A stretch of 64,000 nucleotides of DNA from Candidatus Nitrospinota bacterium M3_3B_026 (GTDB taxonomy: Bacteria > Nitrospinota_A > UBA7883 > JBPRGF01): assembly GCA_051418015.1 (NCBI GenBank), contig JBPRGF010000017.1:311706-375705 (forward strand). Direction: 5' to 3'. Numbering within the stretch: the first letter of the stretch is position 1; each line of letters opens with the position of its first letter. The notes beneath the pieces are model-generated. The model saw nothing but the letters and a program-made list of their open reading frames with translations. It did not search any database and was not told the origin of the DNA. The translations under genes were made by a program, and so were the position numbers. Below are positions 16,647-27,300 of this stretch, one piece after another.

Positions 16647-17825
16647 CTAATCCTGCCAGAGAACGCGGATCGGCTTGCCGGGGTTGACGACGCTGACCAC
16701 ATCGAAAGGCCAGTCCGGCCCCTCTTCGGCGGCCTGTTTGTCCACGGGCCCGGCCTCGCGGGCCGTCACCTCGAGATAATCGCGGCGGTTGACGGCCTTG
16801 ACCACGCCGACTCTCCAGCCCTTCGTCTCTTTCTCCCCGGCGAAGAGGGCCACAAGCCGCGTCTTCTCCCAGTCGAACACAGGCGCGGACTGTTCCGGGA
16901 CGTTCAGGTCGGCCAGCAGCTTGAGATAACCCTCGCTGTTCTCTATGACCCTCGCGTGGCGGGCTTTCACGCCGGAGGGGGACGCGCCGGGGAAGGCCGC
17001 CGGGCGGGTCTGGACGATGAGACCCGCGGGCGTCATGTCCAGCGTGTCCTCCACCCTGTAATAGGCCGTCGGGGTCTTTTCGATGATGTCGGACACGGCG
17101 CGCTCTATACACACCCTGACCGCCTGCTCCGCCGCAGTCCCGGCGAACCCGCCCAACATCACCGGGACGCGGGACGCGCCGCCCCCGACGCCGCCGATCA
17201 CCCCGCCGCCCCAGTCATAATATTCCCCCTCCACGGATGCCACGGCCACGACGCGCCCCGTGGCGGCGTCGACTATCTTTATGTCGATCGCCACGTGGGA
17301 CTCCTTGTACAGAACCGCCCCCAACGGAGCGTCCTCGTTCTGGCTCGCGATGGCGATGGAGGCGCCCAGCGTCACGGCCCCCAGGATCAACCCCCCCGCG
17401 CCGATGTGATCCGGCTCGAAGGAGGTGACGGCGCCGAAGACGAGAAGGTCCGCTCCTTCTATCTCCCCTATTCTCGCCGCCGTGGCTTCGGATATCCTGC
17501 CGGAGGCGGCGAAGTCCTGTTCGCTGATCACCTCGTCCAGCCCGCTCCTGTCGAGCATGATGAACCTGTTCGTCCTGAAAAGCTCCGCCGTGAGCATGTC
17601 CGCCAGCCCCGCGCCGATATGCCCGGCGCCCTTGGCGGTCTTGTCCACGAACTTCACAACCGCAAGCCGCGCCTTGGGCCCGTCGTACCTTTCCGCCTGG
17701 GCCTGGGCCATCGAAGGGCCGCCGCGCCGGACTGTGGCGGAGGTCCCCGAGGCGCACGCTGAAAGGGCGAATACGGCGAACAGCGCAAGGGCCGCGGGGC
17801 GGATCACGTGTTTTGCCAGCCTCAT
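16647..17825 (-). CDS. CsgG/HfaB-family lipoprotein with a C-terminal PrcB-like domain
   Basis: Lipobox LSAC; LAVVKF...RFIMLDRSGLDEVISEQ...IGEIEGADLLVFGAVTSF; C-terminal FDWEKTRLVALFAGEK..GWRV. Confidence 0.75.
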   Translation of the reverse strand: MRLAKHVIRPAALALFAVFALSACASGTSATVRRGGPSMAQAQAERYDGPKARLAVVKFVDKTAKGAGHIGAGLADMLTAELFRTNRFIMLDRSGLDEVISEQDFAASGRISEATAARIGEIEGADLLVFGAVTSFEPDHIGAGGLILGAVTLGASIAIASQNEDAPLGAVLYKESHVAIDIKIVDAATGRVVAVASVEGEYYDWGGGVIGGVGGGASRVPVMLGGFAGTAAEQAVRVCIERAVSDIIEKTPTAYYRVEDTLDMTPAGLIVQTRPAAFPGASPSGVKARHARVIENSEGYLKLLADLNVPEQSAPVFDWEKTRLVALFAGEKETKGWRVGVVKAVNRRDYLEVTAREAGPVDKQAAEEGPDWPFDVVSVVNPGKPIRVLWQD

Positions 17826-18054
17826 GTGTAAAGTTTACCACCAGGCGGGGCGCCCCCCGCGCCCTGCGGAAAGTTTTCCTGGAAAAATTCGCGCGCATCG
17901 CGTATATCAGCAACAGATGCTTACATAAAACTTTCTTTTTGACGCAGTGTAATCTATAAACTCATTTGAAATTCCTTGCGGGGCGTGCTAAATTTTAAAG
18001 CCAGTGATACCAGGCACATCCTCAAGGATCACCGATTTGAACAGGGGGGAAGTC

Positions 18055-18558
18055 ATGAAAAGGGGTTTGTTCAATTTCGCGTTTTTGCTGTTGGCCGTGT
18101 TTTCGCTCGCTGTTTCGTCCAACGCCTTCGCCGGCTCGAACGCCGAGTTCCCCAAGGGCTGGGAGAGCTGGCCCATCGCCGGCAAGGGCGCCATCCCGGA
18201 TAACAAGTCTCCCATACCATCGGACGCTCCCGCCATCGTCCAGGAAACCATAAAGACCTACAACTGGATAAACGACGGCAAAGGAAGCCCCTACTACGTG
18301 CGGATCCATCCGGACAAGAAAGACGCCGCCGCCGCGCGGAAAGGGCAATTCGACGACGGGCCCACCGCCGTGCTGGAGCTTACCGACATAAAGGTGATCC
18401 TCGTGACGGAGCATCTCATCGGTGAGCCCCAATACGGAGCCTACACATACGACGGCAAGGACATGGCCGACGCTCATCCGTCCCTTGCCCCCAAGACCTG
18501 CGCCGACTGCCACTCCGGCTACGGCGAGGCCTGCGTGAACGGCGTCTGCGCGAAGTAG
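18055..18558 (+). CDS. Periplasmic monoheme cytochrome c, P460/c'-beta-like layout
   Basis: Signal peptide ending AFA; FPKGWESW near the N-terminus; C-terminal CADCH followed by CVNGVC. Confidence 0.7.
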   Translation: MKRGLFNFAFLLLAVFSLAVSSNAFAGSNAEFPKGWESWPIAGKGAIPDNKSPIPSDAPAIVQETIKTYNWINDGKGSPYYVRIHPDKKDAAAARKGQFDDGPTAVLELTDIKVILVTEHLIGEPQYGAYTYDGKDMADAHPSLAPKTCADCHSGYGEACVNGVCAK

Positions 18559-18614
18559 CGGGCGGGGGAAATTGATCCACGCCTTGCGCTGAAAAAGGGG
18601 CGCGATTTGTCCGC

Positions 18615-20363
18615 ATGAAAAGAAAATCGCTCACGATAAACCAGCTCGTCACCGGCGGGCCGATCCTCCTGCTGGTCTGCTTGAGCGTGGTCCTCGGCGG
18701 GGCTCATTACAAAAGCAGCCAGGACGCCGCGTACCGCCACATGCTGGAGCTTTCCCGTGTCGGCGCAAGGCCGATCCTCAACCTCATGAAATCCGCCGTG
18801 GGGGGAGGCAACTACGCCATAGCCCTCGACGACGAGGCCCTCGCCCTCTACAGGGCCAACGCCGACCTGCTCTTTTTCTCCGTCGAGGGGAAAACGGACC
18901 TCAAGGGAGAGCCCTTCGGCGTGGTCTACGACGGCGGGCGCGGCAAGGCGTTCCGCTCCCGGGCGGACTCCGGCCGCGTGAAAGAGCTGGAGGAGAAGAT
19001 AGCGAAGGCCAAGGACGCCGTGAGCGGCCTGCCGCCGGGGGACGCGAAGCGCGAGAGGATAGAGAAGATCGCCGCCCGCCTGAAGGACGAGCTTTCCGGC
19101 CTGTTGGGGGACATGAAGACGGTGGAGACCCTGAAGGGCGAATACCAGCGCCCGCCGGACTCTGTCTTCACGGACGGCAGCTACCTGGACAATGAAAAAT
19201 GGCGGCTTCATCTTGTCCTCCCCACGGGCAACAAGGGGGGCGGAAGCATGTGGATGGTCCTGGACGCGGCCGCCATGGGCGACGTGTGGAAAAAAACGCT
19301 GTGGCAGGTGGCGCCCATAAACCTCGCCACGCTGCTTGTCCTCGCCGCGCTGGCCTGGCTGCTTTCCCGCAAGATCATCGCCCCCATACACACGATGCGC
19401 GGCGCCATCGAGCAGATCGAAAGGGACTCCGACCTCACAAGGCGCGTCAGCATGGACTCCGACAACGAAATAGGGAAGACCTCCGCCGCCTTCGACAGGA
19501 TGCTGGACAAGTTCCAGGGCATGATAGCAGGCGTCGCCGCCGCCACCGGCGAGATCGTCACCGCCACGAAGGAGATGGCCGGCATCTCCGACCGGGTCAG
19601 CGAATCCAACAGGAAACAGCAGGACGACACAGAACAGGTGGCCGGCTCCATAAACGAGATGTCGGCCTCCATCGAGCAGGTGGCCAGCGCCGCGGAAGAG
19701 GCGAAAGGCTCCGCGGCCGGCGCGATGGACAAGGCCCGCGGCGGCAGGCAGACGGTGTCGGACACGGCGGGGGCCATGAACGATCTGGCGGCGGCGGTGC
19801 GCGGCGCGTCGGAGGTCATGAAGTCGCTGGAGGCGCACACGAACGACGTGGGGATGGTCGTAAACGTCATCAACGAGATAGCGTTCCAGACGAACCTGCT
19901 GGCGCTCAACGCCTCCGTGGAGGCGGCCCGCGCCGGAAAACACGGCAAGGGTTTCGCCGTGGTGGCCGAGGAGGTGCGCGCGCTGGCGCAGAGGACGCAA
20001 AAATCCACCAGGGAGATCGAAGACCTGGTCGAGAAGCTCCAGGCCGAGGCGGCGAAGGCCGCAGCCGCCATGCGCGACGGGTCCGGCAAGGCCGAGGACG
20101 GCGTGAAGCTCTCGGATAAGGCGGACGAGGCGCTCAAGGTCATAACGGAGGCGGTGGAGGCCATAACGACCATGAGCGCCCAGATCGCGAGCGCCGCGGA
20201 GCAGCAGGCCTCGGCGGCCAACTCCATCAACGTGAACGTAAGCAGCATCAACGAGATGTCCGACGAAACCGCGTCCGCCTCCGAGAAGGCCCGCGCCTCA
20301 AGCGAAAGGCTGGCGGAGCTTGCGCGCGAACTCGGGGAGCGGATCGCCCTCTTCAAGGTCTGA
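18615..20363 (+). CDS. Methyl-accepting chemotaxis protein (2 TM, periplasmic sensor, HAMP, signalling domain)
   Basis: [51 protein letters not shown]. Confidence 0.95.
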   Translation: MKRKSLTINQLVTGGPILLLVCLSVVLGGAHYKSSQDAAYRHMLELSRVGARPILNLMKSAVGGGNYAIALDDEALALYRANADLLFFSVEGKTDLKGEPFGVVYDGGRGKAFRSRADSGRVKELEEKIAKAKDAVSGLPPGDAKRERIEKIAARLKDELSGLLGDMKTVETLKGEYQRPPDSVFTDGSYLDNEKWRLHLVLPTGNKGGGSMWMVLDAAAMGDVWKKTLWQVAPINLATLLVLAALAWLLSRKIIAPIHTMRGAIEQIERDSDLTRRVSMDSDNEIGKTSAAFDRMLDKFQGMIAGVAAATGEIVTATKEMAGISDRVSESNRKQQDDTEQVAGSINEMSASIEQVASAAEEAKGSAAGAMDKARGGRQTVSDTAGAMNDLAAAVRGASEVMKSLEAHTNDVGMVVNVINEIAFQTNLLALNASVEAARAGKHGKGFAVVAEEVRALAQRTQKSTREIEDLVEKLQAEAAKAAAAMRDGSGKAEDGVKLSDKADEALKVITEAVEAITTMSAQIASAAEQQASAANSINVNVSSINEMSDETASASEKARASSERLAELARELGERIALFKV

Positions 20364-20444
20364 CGGGGGCGCGGCTGAGACCGCCGGGCGAAGAGTCCCG
20401 CCCGGCGCAAAACCGTTCAGGCAGCCGGGGCGGCCCGTGGAGCT

Positions 20445-22283
20445 TTACAGCGCCTTTCCGGTGAAGCGGCTCATGGGAGAGTCGGCCATAGCCGCCTCCA
20501 GGGCCTCTTCGGTGACATATTTGAAGCCGTTTTTCCTGGCGTGTTTCTCGACGAACTTCTTCGCCATCTCCCTGGCGAAAGGGGGCGCCTTCTCAAGCCT
20601 CTTGCGGGCGCCCTCAGTCCAACCCATCTTCTCGCCCACATCGTCGGCGAAAAAGGCGCCGAATTTTTTCATTATCGCCTCGTTCTTCTCCGGGCGGGAG
20701 GCAAGGTGATCCGTGATCCTCTCTATCACCTCGCGTTTGCGATCGTTCTCAGGCAACTTTTCCTTCGCCTTCGCAAGCGCGCCCATGTCCAGCGATTCGA
20801 ACCCCATCTTTTTCATCCTGCGGGTGACGAGCATCATGGACTCGTCGCGGATCTCCGTCAGGAACTTGGAGGTTATCCGCTCCTGGCCGCGCTCTTTGGC
20901 CCTTTTGCGCATCAGCTTGTATATCCCCGGCCGGACGAAATCCGGCGCGTTTTCGACCCGCTCCAGGGCGTCCGCGTCCCAGGGCATCTCCCCCGCGTCA
21001 TCCTCCTTCGCGGCCGAGGAGGGCGCGGCTCCGGCGCCGTCGAACATCTTCGGCGACGGGGCGGCCTTGCGCATGACCTCCACGGTTATCTTGTCTATCC
21101 CGTTCTCGGCGGCGTATTTTTCCACCCCGAGTTTCACTATCGGCCTTGCGAAGACGGGTATTTTCAGAAGGATATCCTCGGCCTCCTTCGACCATTCCCC
21201 ACCGCCTTCCGGCGCGCCGCCGAACTTCGACATGGTGTCGATGTTCTCGATGGCCTCCTCCTGCCCCACGGGCTCGTAGACGCACCACTGGTCTTCGCCC
21301 ATGTCGTCGCCCGTATCGGCCAGGGCGCGCGCCCGGCATCCGCCGCAAAGCAGCCTATAGCGGCAGGCGCCGCACTTGCCCCCGTATTCCGGCGACCGGT
21401 AGCGCCCTAAAACCTCCGAGCCTTCCCAGATCGAGGCGAGATCCTGGGCGGAAAGGTCGCCCGCCTCCGTCTCCATGTAGGGACACGGGGTGACCTTGCC
21501 CGAGGGGGTTATCCGCATGTAGTGCGTCCCCGCCCGGCAGGCGGCTATGTATGTCTTAAGGAGGCTGTTCTCCGGGTTCTCCTGGTACAGGATCCTCTTG
21601 AAATGCGGGGCGCATTTCGGCCTTATCATCATGCCGGGATATGAGTCCCGCTCGGCGGCGGCCCATTTAAGGACTTTTTCGTATTCATCAGGGGTGATGT
21701 CGGTCATCTTCTCCCCCCTGCCCGTGCAGACGAGGAAAAATATGTTGAACACCCGCGCCCCGAAGCGGCTCGCCCATTCGGCTATGAGGGGCAGCTCATC
21801 GATGTTGTCGCGGGTGGGAGTGGTCTGAACCTGTATCCCGAGGCCCGCCTCCTTCGCCGCGGCAAGCCCCGCCATCGCCTTCGAAAGCGCGCCGGGCTTT
21901 CCCCGGAACGAATCGTGCCTCTCGGCGTTCAGAGAGTCTATGCTGACGCCGACGCCCGCCGCGCCGGCATCCTTGAGCCTGCGGACGGTTTCCGGGGTCA
22001 GGAGCGTGCCGTTCGTCCCCAGGACGGCCATCAGGCCGAGGCCCGAGGCCTTCTCGATGACGTCGTATATATCCTCCCGGGCAAGCGGCTCTCCGCCGGT
22101 GAGGATAAGGACGGCGCCGGGGTTCAGCGCGGCTACCTGGGAGACAACGTCAAGGGCCTTTTCGGGCGAAAGCTCGTCCGCCCCGCCATCCACCCTGCCG
22201 TTTGCGTCAATATAACAGTGGCGGCAACTGAGGTTGCATCGGCTCGTCAGGTTCCACGAGACGGCGTAGGGGATAAAAGACAT
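20445..22283 (-). CDS. AhbD/NirJ-like radical SAM-SPASM protein with three C-terminal PCP_red-like modules
   Basis: WNLTSRCNLSCRHCY, LTGGEPL, SPASM cysteines (CRAG, PCPY, CGAC, CGGCRARA, DQWC); three W..(E/D/G)A.....xP.F.R modules. Confidence 0.85.
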   Translation of the reverse strand: MSFIPYAVSWNLTSRCNLSCRHCYIDANGRVDGGADELSPEKALDVVSQVAALNPGAVLILTGGEPLAREDIYDVIEKASGLGLMAVLGTNGTLLTPETVRRLKDAGAAGVGVSIDSLNAERHDSFRGKPGALSKAMAGLAAAKEAGLGIQVQTTPTRDNIDELPLIAEWASRFGARVFNIFFLVCTGRGEKMTDITPDEYEKVLKWAAAERDSYPGMMIRPKCAPHFKRILYQENPENSLLKTYIAACRAGTHYMRITPSGKVTPCPYMETEAGDLSAQDLASIWEGSEVLGRYRSPEYGGKCGACRYRLLCGGCRARALADTGDDMGEDQWCVYEPVGQEEAIENIDTMSKFGGAPEGGGEWSKEAEDILLKIPVFARPIVKLGVEKYAAENGIDKITVEVMRKAAPSPKMFDGAGAAPSSAAKEDDAGEMPWDADALERVENAPDFVRPGIYKLMRKRAKERGQERITSKFLTEIRDESMMLVTRRMKKMGFESLDMGALAKAKEKLPENDRKREVIERITDHLASRPEKNEAIMKKFGAFFADDVGEKMGWTEGARKRLEKAPPFAREMAKKFVEKHARKNGFKYVTEEALEAAMADSPMSRFTGKAL

Positions 22284-22299
22284 CTTTATACAACGACCC

Positions 22300-23490
22300 C
22301 TACATGCCCATTCTGGCCCGGGCTTCCTTCATCATCCTGGCGGTGACAGTCTTCGCGCCTCTTTTGCGGGCCTCGCTTTCCATGTGGCCACGCACCATGT
22401 TCCGCACGAACCCGGGGACGCGGTCCAGAAGCTCCAGAGCGTCCGGCTCCCATTCCATCTCATCGAGCGCCTGCCCCTCCTCCGGCTCGGGCCGGACTCT
22501 CCTGCTTATCAGCATGATGTTGCAGGGAGCGCCTCGAAGCAGGTTCTCGGCGTTCGAGCCTATGTCCAGCCCCTCACAGGCGTGCACCCCCACCTTGCCC
22601 AGGATCAAGAGCGCGGCATCCTTCCCTTCGATCCATTTCAGGATCTCGTCGTAAGGCTTGCCCGCCAGCAGCTCCGCCTCCACGGTCACCCCCTCCTTCC
22701 CGGCCATGCTCACGGCCCGGTCCAGGTGGTCCTGGTATATCTTCTCCAGCCCGGAGTCTATTATCTCCTCGTGGAGCTTCTCCTGCTCCTTGAACCTGAA
22801 GACCTGCCCCGCCTCCTCGGAGAGGACCTCGGCGATGCTGTTGAAAGCCTTGTAATGGAAGTTCGGGTCGAAGACCGAGACAGCCGTGATCCTGCACCCA
22901 AGGTGTTTTCCCATGGCGATGGCGGCGCTCATCGCGGCGAAGGACTGCTCGCTGCCGTCCACCCCCACCACAACGTGGCCGCCCTTTATGGGGATATCGT
23001 TTTTCATGACCAGCGTGTCTACGTTTATCCTGCGGGCGACCCTCTCGCAGACGCTGCCGATCTGCGTGCTGGGCGTCTCGCCGAGCCCCTTGGCGCCCAT
23101 GGCCACGAGGTCGTAGGAGGAGCTTTGCACGTCTTTCACTATCTCGGCGAAGTTTTTCCCCTCCATCGTCTTGCGGTCGTAGGAAACCCCCAATTGCTCA
23201 CACTTGGCCTTGAAGATGTCGAGATAGGAGTCCGAGATGATCCTGAGCCCCTTCTCGATCAGGTCCGCGTGTATGTCCCTCTGTTTCTGAAGCTCGTTCG
23301 GGTCCTGGTACTTCGCCGGCAGGCCCGGCTCCATCTGGACGAACCTTTTTTCGTGCAACCTGGCGGCGTATACGTGGTTGCCAACTAGGGTTGCGCCAAA
23401 ACTTCTGGCAAGGTCCAAAGAGCTGTCCAGCCCCCACAGCGAATAACGGGAATTGTCGAGCATTACGAGAATATTTTGAAACATCTGCAT
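22300..23490 (-). CDS. Tandem universal stress protein (2x Usp) with a C-terminal PCP_red-like module
   Basis: NILVMLDNS, MGAKG..IGSVCERV; VVVGVDGS, LGKVG..IGSNAENLL; ends WEPDALELLDRVPGFVRNMV. Confidence 0.85.
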   Translation of the reverse strand: MQMFQNILVMLDNSRYSLWGLDSSLDLARSFGATLVGNHVYAARLHEKRFVQMEPGLPAKYQDPNELQKQRDIHADLIEKGLRIISDSYLDIFKAKCEQLGVSYDRKTMEGKNFAEIVKDVQSSSYDLVAMGAKGLGETPSTQIGSVCERVARRINVDTLVMKNDIPIKGGHVVVGVDGSEQSFAAMSAAIAMGKHLGCRITAVSVFDPNFHYKAFNSIAEVLSEEAGQVFRFKEQEKLHEEIIDSGLEKIYQDHLDRAVSMAGKEGVTVEAELLAGKPYDEILKWIEGKDAALLILGKVGVHACEGLDIGSNAENLLRGAPCNIMLISRRVRPEPEEGQALDEMEWEPDALELLDRVPGFVRNMVRGHMESEARKRGAKTVTARMMKEARARMGM

Positions 23491-23534
23491 ACACCCCCTG
23501 CTTATAAACTCTTGAGCCTGAAACTCGCGGAGAA

Positions 23535-23562
23535 ATTATACGCTTGAAATGTTCAATGTAAA
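23535..23562 (-). promoter_or_regulatory. Sigma70-type promoter of the Usp/radical SAM operon with a palindrome in the spacer
   Basis: TTTACA-N16-TATAAT; TTGAA-ATG-TTCAA at 23544-23556. Confidence 0.55.
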
Positions 23563-24027
23563 AGCAATTTATGTACCGGCGCCAGGCCCGATTTGCCCCC
23601 CGGGCGGCGGGAATAACCCCCAACAGCCCCCTAAAGGCCAGAGAAACAACGGCCGCCGAGAACAGCCCCCCATACGCCCCTGCGGGAACATTGCATTAGA
23701 TATCAACAAATTATGCGCCAGCGGCCGAGTCATTATGATCGATTTTCAACCAGCCTGCATGGAAACTGTCCACTCTCGTCAAACCTTTCGAGGAGCCGGG
23801 GGCATGAAAGCGAATCGCCGCCGAAAAAGGACAATCGTTGATCAAATCATTCAATTCCCATCGTCTTCAACACACTATTATGAATAATTTCCCATGAGCC
23901 GAGAACCATGGCCGCCGCGGCGCAAGCGCTATGATAACAGTCCGTTAATGACCCCACACCGCGGACGAGACGGCCATGGCCGGCCGCGCGGGCGCGCCAT
24001 GGGGAGCGTCCATTTTCGGTTTTTCTG

Positions 24028-24057
24028 TTGCCATGCGGCCCTTCCATCCTCTATAAT
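24028..24057 (+). promoter_or_regulatory. Sigma70-type promoter for gltBD
   Basis: TTGCCA-N18-TATAAT, about 250 bp before the gltB ATG. Confidence 0.55.
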
Positions 24058-24307
24058 CGCTGATCTAAAAGACCTGGCGGAACGGGTCTTTCCCGCTCGA
24101 AACGAAAGCCCTGCCGGCGAGGAGCCGCCAAAGGCAGAGGCATGACCGTTTCCCAGAGCCCTCTTTTATAATAAAGATCGAGGCCCTTTAGGAAGCTGGC
24201 GCGCCTTGAGGGAGGAGGACGGCGCGGCAAGTGGGGAACCTTTGTACGCGGGCGCAAGGCCTGGCATGGTCTTCAGGCCGTGGCGTCTCTAAAGATAAGG
24301 ATTTCGG

Positions 24308-27300
24308 ATGAACGATAACTTAAAAACCGGCGGAGGGTTGTATGACCCCCGCTTCGAGCATGACGCATGCGGTGTCGGGTTTATCGCGGACCTGAACGCT
24401 GGTAAATCACACTGGATCGTGGAGAGGGGGCTTGAGATACTCAGGAACCTGGAGCACCGCGGCGCCGTGGGGGCGGAGAAGAACTCGGGCGACGGCGCCG
24501 GGATACAGACGCAGCTTCCCCACGAGTTTTTCCTGAAAGAGGCCGCCCGGATCGGGATGAGCCTCCCCGGGCCCGGTGATTACGGCGTGGGGATGGTCTT
24601 TCTCCCCAGGGACAACAGCAAGATAGAAAAAATCAAGAGCCTCTTCGAACGAGCATCGAAAGAACTGGGGCAGGAGGTCATCGGCTGGCGGGCCGTTCCC
24701 ACGGACAACTCGAACATCGGCGAGTCCGTCAAAAAGGTGGAGCCCGCCATAGAACAGGTCATCATAAAACGTGGCGGAGACGCCAAAGACCAGGCCGCTT
24801 TCGAGCGCAAGCTCTACGTCATACGCAAATACGCCACGCGGCTGATACACGAGTCCGGGCTGGACGATGAGAAACATTTCTACGTCCCCTCGCTCTCTTG
24901 CGGGACGATAACCTACAAGGGGATGCTGACGGCGCCCCAGCTGGCGGAGTATTACCCGGACCTTTCCGACGAGAGTTTCACCTCCGCGCTGGCGCTCGCT
25001 CACAGCCGGTTCTCCACCAACACGTTCCCCAGCTGGCCGCTGGCGCAGCCTTTCCGCTACCTGGCCCACAACGGCGAGATAAACACACTGCGGGGGAACA
25101 TAAACTGGATGAGGGCCAGGGAGTCTTTGTTCGAGTCGGAGCTTTTCACGGACGAGGAAATAAAAAAGCTTCTCCCCATCATCGACGAGGGCAGGTCCGA
25201 CTCAGCGATAATCGACAACGCCGTGGAGCTGCTGGCGCTGGCCGGCAGGCAGCTGCCTCACGTGATGATGACCCTCATCCCCGAGGCGTGGGAGAACGAC
25301 CACGAAATGAGCGAGGCCAAGAAAGCCTTCTACGAATACCACGGGACGCTCATGGAGCCCTGGGACGGCCCGGCCTCCATAGCCTTCACCGACGGACACG
25401 TGATCGGCGCCACGCTGGACAGGAACGGCCTGCGCCCCTCACGATACCTCCTGACCCATGACAACATCGTGGTGATGGCCTCGGAAGCGGGCGTGATCGA
25501 CGTCGCGCCGGAGAACGTGAAGCTCAAGGGGCGCCTGCAGCCGGGCAGGATGTTCGTCGCCAGCCTGGACGAGAACAGGATCATCCCCGACGAGGAAATA
25601 AAGGAGAGGATGTGCTCGGGGAAGCCATACGCCAAATGGCTCGCCGCGGGCAAGATAGAGCTTTCAAGCCTCAAGGCGCCGAAGCGGATCGTCCAGCCGG
25701 ACCACGGCGCGATGATCCAGAGGCAAAAGCTTTTCGGATACACGAAGGAGGACCTGAGAATCCTGCTTGCGCCCATGGCCAACGACGGCAAGGAGCCCAT
25801 AGGCTCCATGGGGTCCGACACGCCGCTGGCCGTCCTGTCGGACAAGGCCCACCCGCTGTTCAACTATTTCTACCAGCTCTTCGCGCAGGTGACCAACCCG
25901 CCGATAGACTCCATCAGGGAGGAGTCGGTCATGTCGCTGGTCACCTTTGTCGGGCCGCAAAAGAACCTCCTTTCCGAGACGCCGGAGAGCTGCCGCGTCA
26001 TCGAGCTTCCCCACCCGGTGTTGACGGAGGAGGAGGTCGAAAAGCTCCGGGCGGTCGACAAAAGCCACTTCCAGGCGACGTCCATCCCGATGGTTTTCAA
26101 GGCCGGCGAAGGTGAGGGAAGGCTGAAAAAAGCCCTGGACAGGATATGCGCCCACGCTTCGGAGGCGGTGGAGGAGGGGTACAACGTGATAATCCTCTCC
26201 GACAGGGAGGCCGACTCCGACCACGCGGCGATCCCGTCCCTGCTGGCGGTCTCGGCGGTCCACCACCACCTCATAAGAGAGGGGACAAGGGCCCGCTGCG
26301 GAATAGTGGTGGAGACCGGCGAGGCGCGGGAGACTCATCATTTCGCCCTTCTTTTGGGATACGGGGCGAGCGGCGTATGCCCCTACCTTGCCTTCGAGAC
26401 GCTGGAGGACATGCGAAAACGCGGCATGTTGAAGGAGGGCATAACAAAGGAGCAGGCGCGGAAAAACTACATAAAGGCCGTGAACAAAGGCCTGCTCAAG
26501 ATCATGTCCAAGATGGGCATATCCACCCTTCAGTCCTACGTCGGGGCGCAGATATTCGAGGCCGTGGGCCTGGGCCGGGAGGTGGTGGACAGGTATTTCA
26601 CGGGCACGGCATCCCGTCTTGGCGGGATAGGGCTGGACATCGTGGAGATGGAGGCGCTGACGCGCCACAAGAGCGCGCACCCGGACACGCCCATGGTGGG
26701 CTTTGACGGACTGGACGATGGGGGGCAATACAAGTGGAGAGCCAGGGGCGAGCGGCATTCCTACAACCCGAACACCATCGCCATACTCCAGAGGGCCACG
26801 AGGAACAACGACTACGAGCTCTTCAAGGACTACGCAAGGCAGGTCAACGACCAAACGCGGGAGCTGAACACGCTGCGCGGCCTGCTGGAGTTTTCCCATC
26901 CGGAGCCTGTGCCGATAGGGGAGGTGGAGCCGGAGGAGGAGATAGTAAAGAGGTTTTTCACCGGCGCCATGTCCTTCGGCTCCATAAGCCGCGAAGCGCA
27001 CGAGACCCTGGCCATCGCCATGAACCGCATAGGCGGCAGGAGCAACTCCGGCGAAGGCGGCGAGGATCCGGAGCGGTTTAATATCCGGCCCAACGGCGAC
27101 AATCCCCGCTCGGCCATAAAACAGGTGGCCTCCGGCAGGTTCGGCGTGACGTCGCACTACCTGGTCAACGCCGACGAGCTGCAGATAAAGATGGCCCAGG
27201 GCGCAAAGCCGGGCGAGGGAGGCCAGCTTCCCGGCCGCAAGGTGGACAAGACCATTGCCAGGGTGCGCCACTCCACCCCCGGCGTGGGGCTCATCTCCCC

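Noticed and set aside
23838..23851. FNR-like TTGATCAAATCAT
   Set aside because: The spacer is 3 rather than 4 nt and the second half-site is imperfect.
23549..23887. 112-aa ORF in the Usp-gltB intergenic region
   Set aside because: No SD or motifs, atypical composition, and it overlaps the divergent promoter; more likely regulatory DNA.
24215..24290. Possible c-di-GMP-I riboswitch (GGGCGCAAGGCC)
   Set aside because: The P1 and GNRA/receptor elements are not recognisable.
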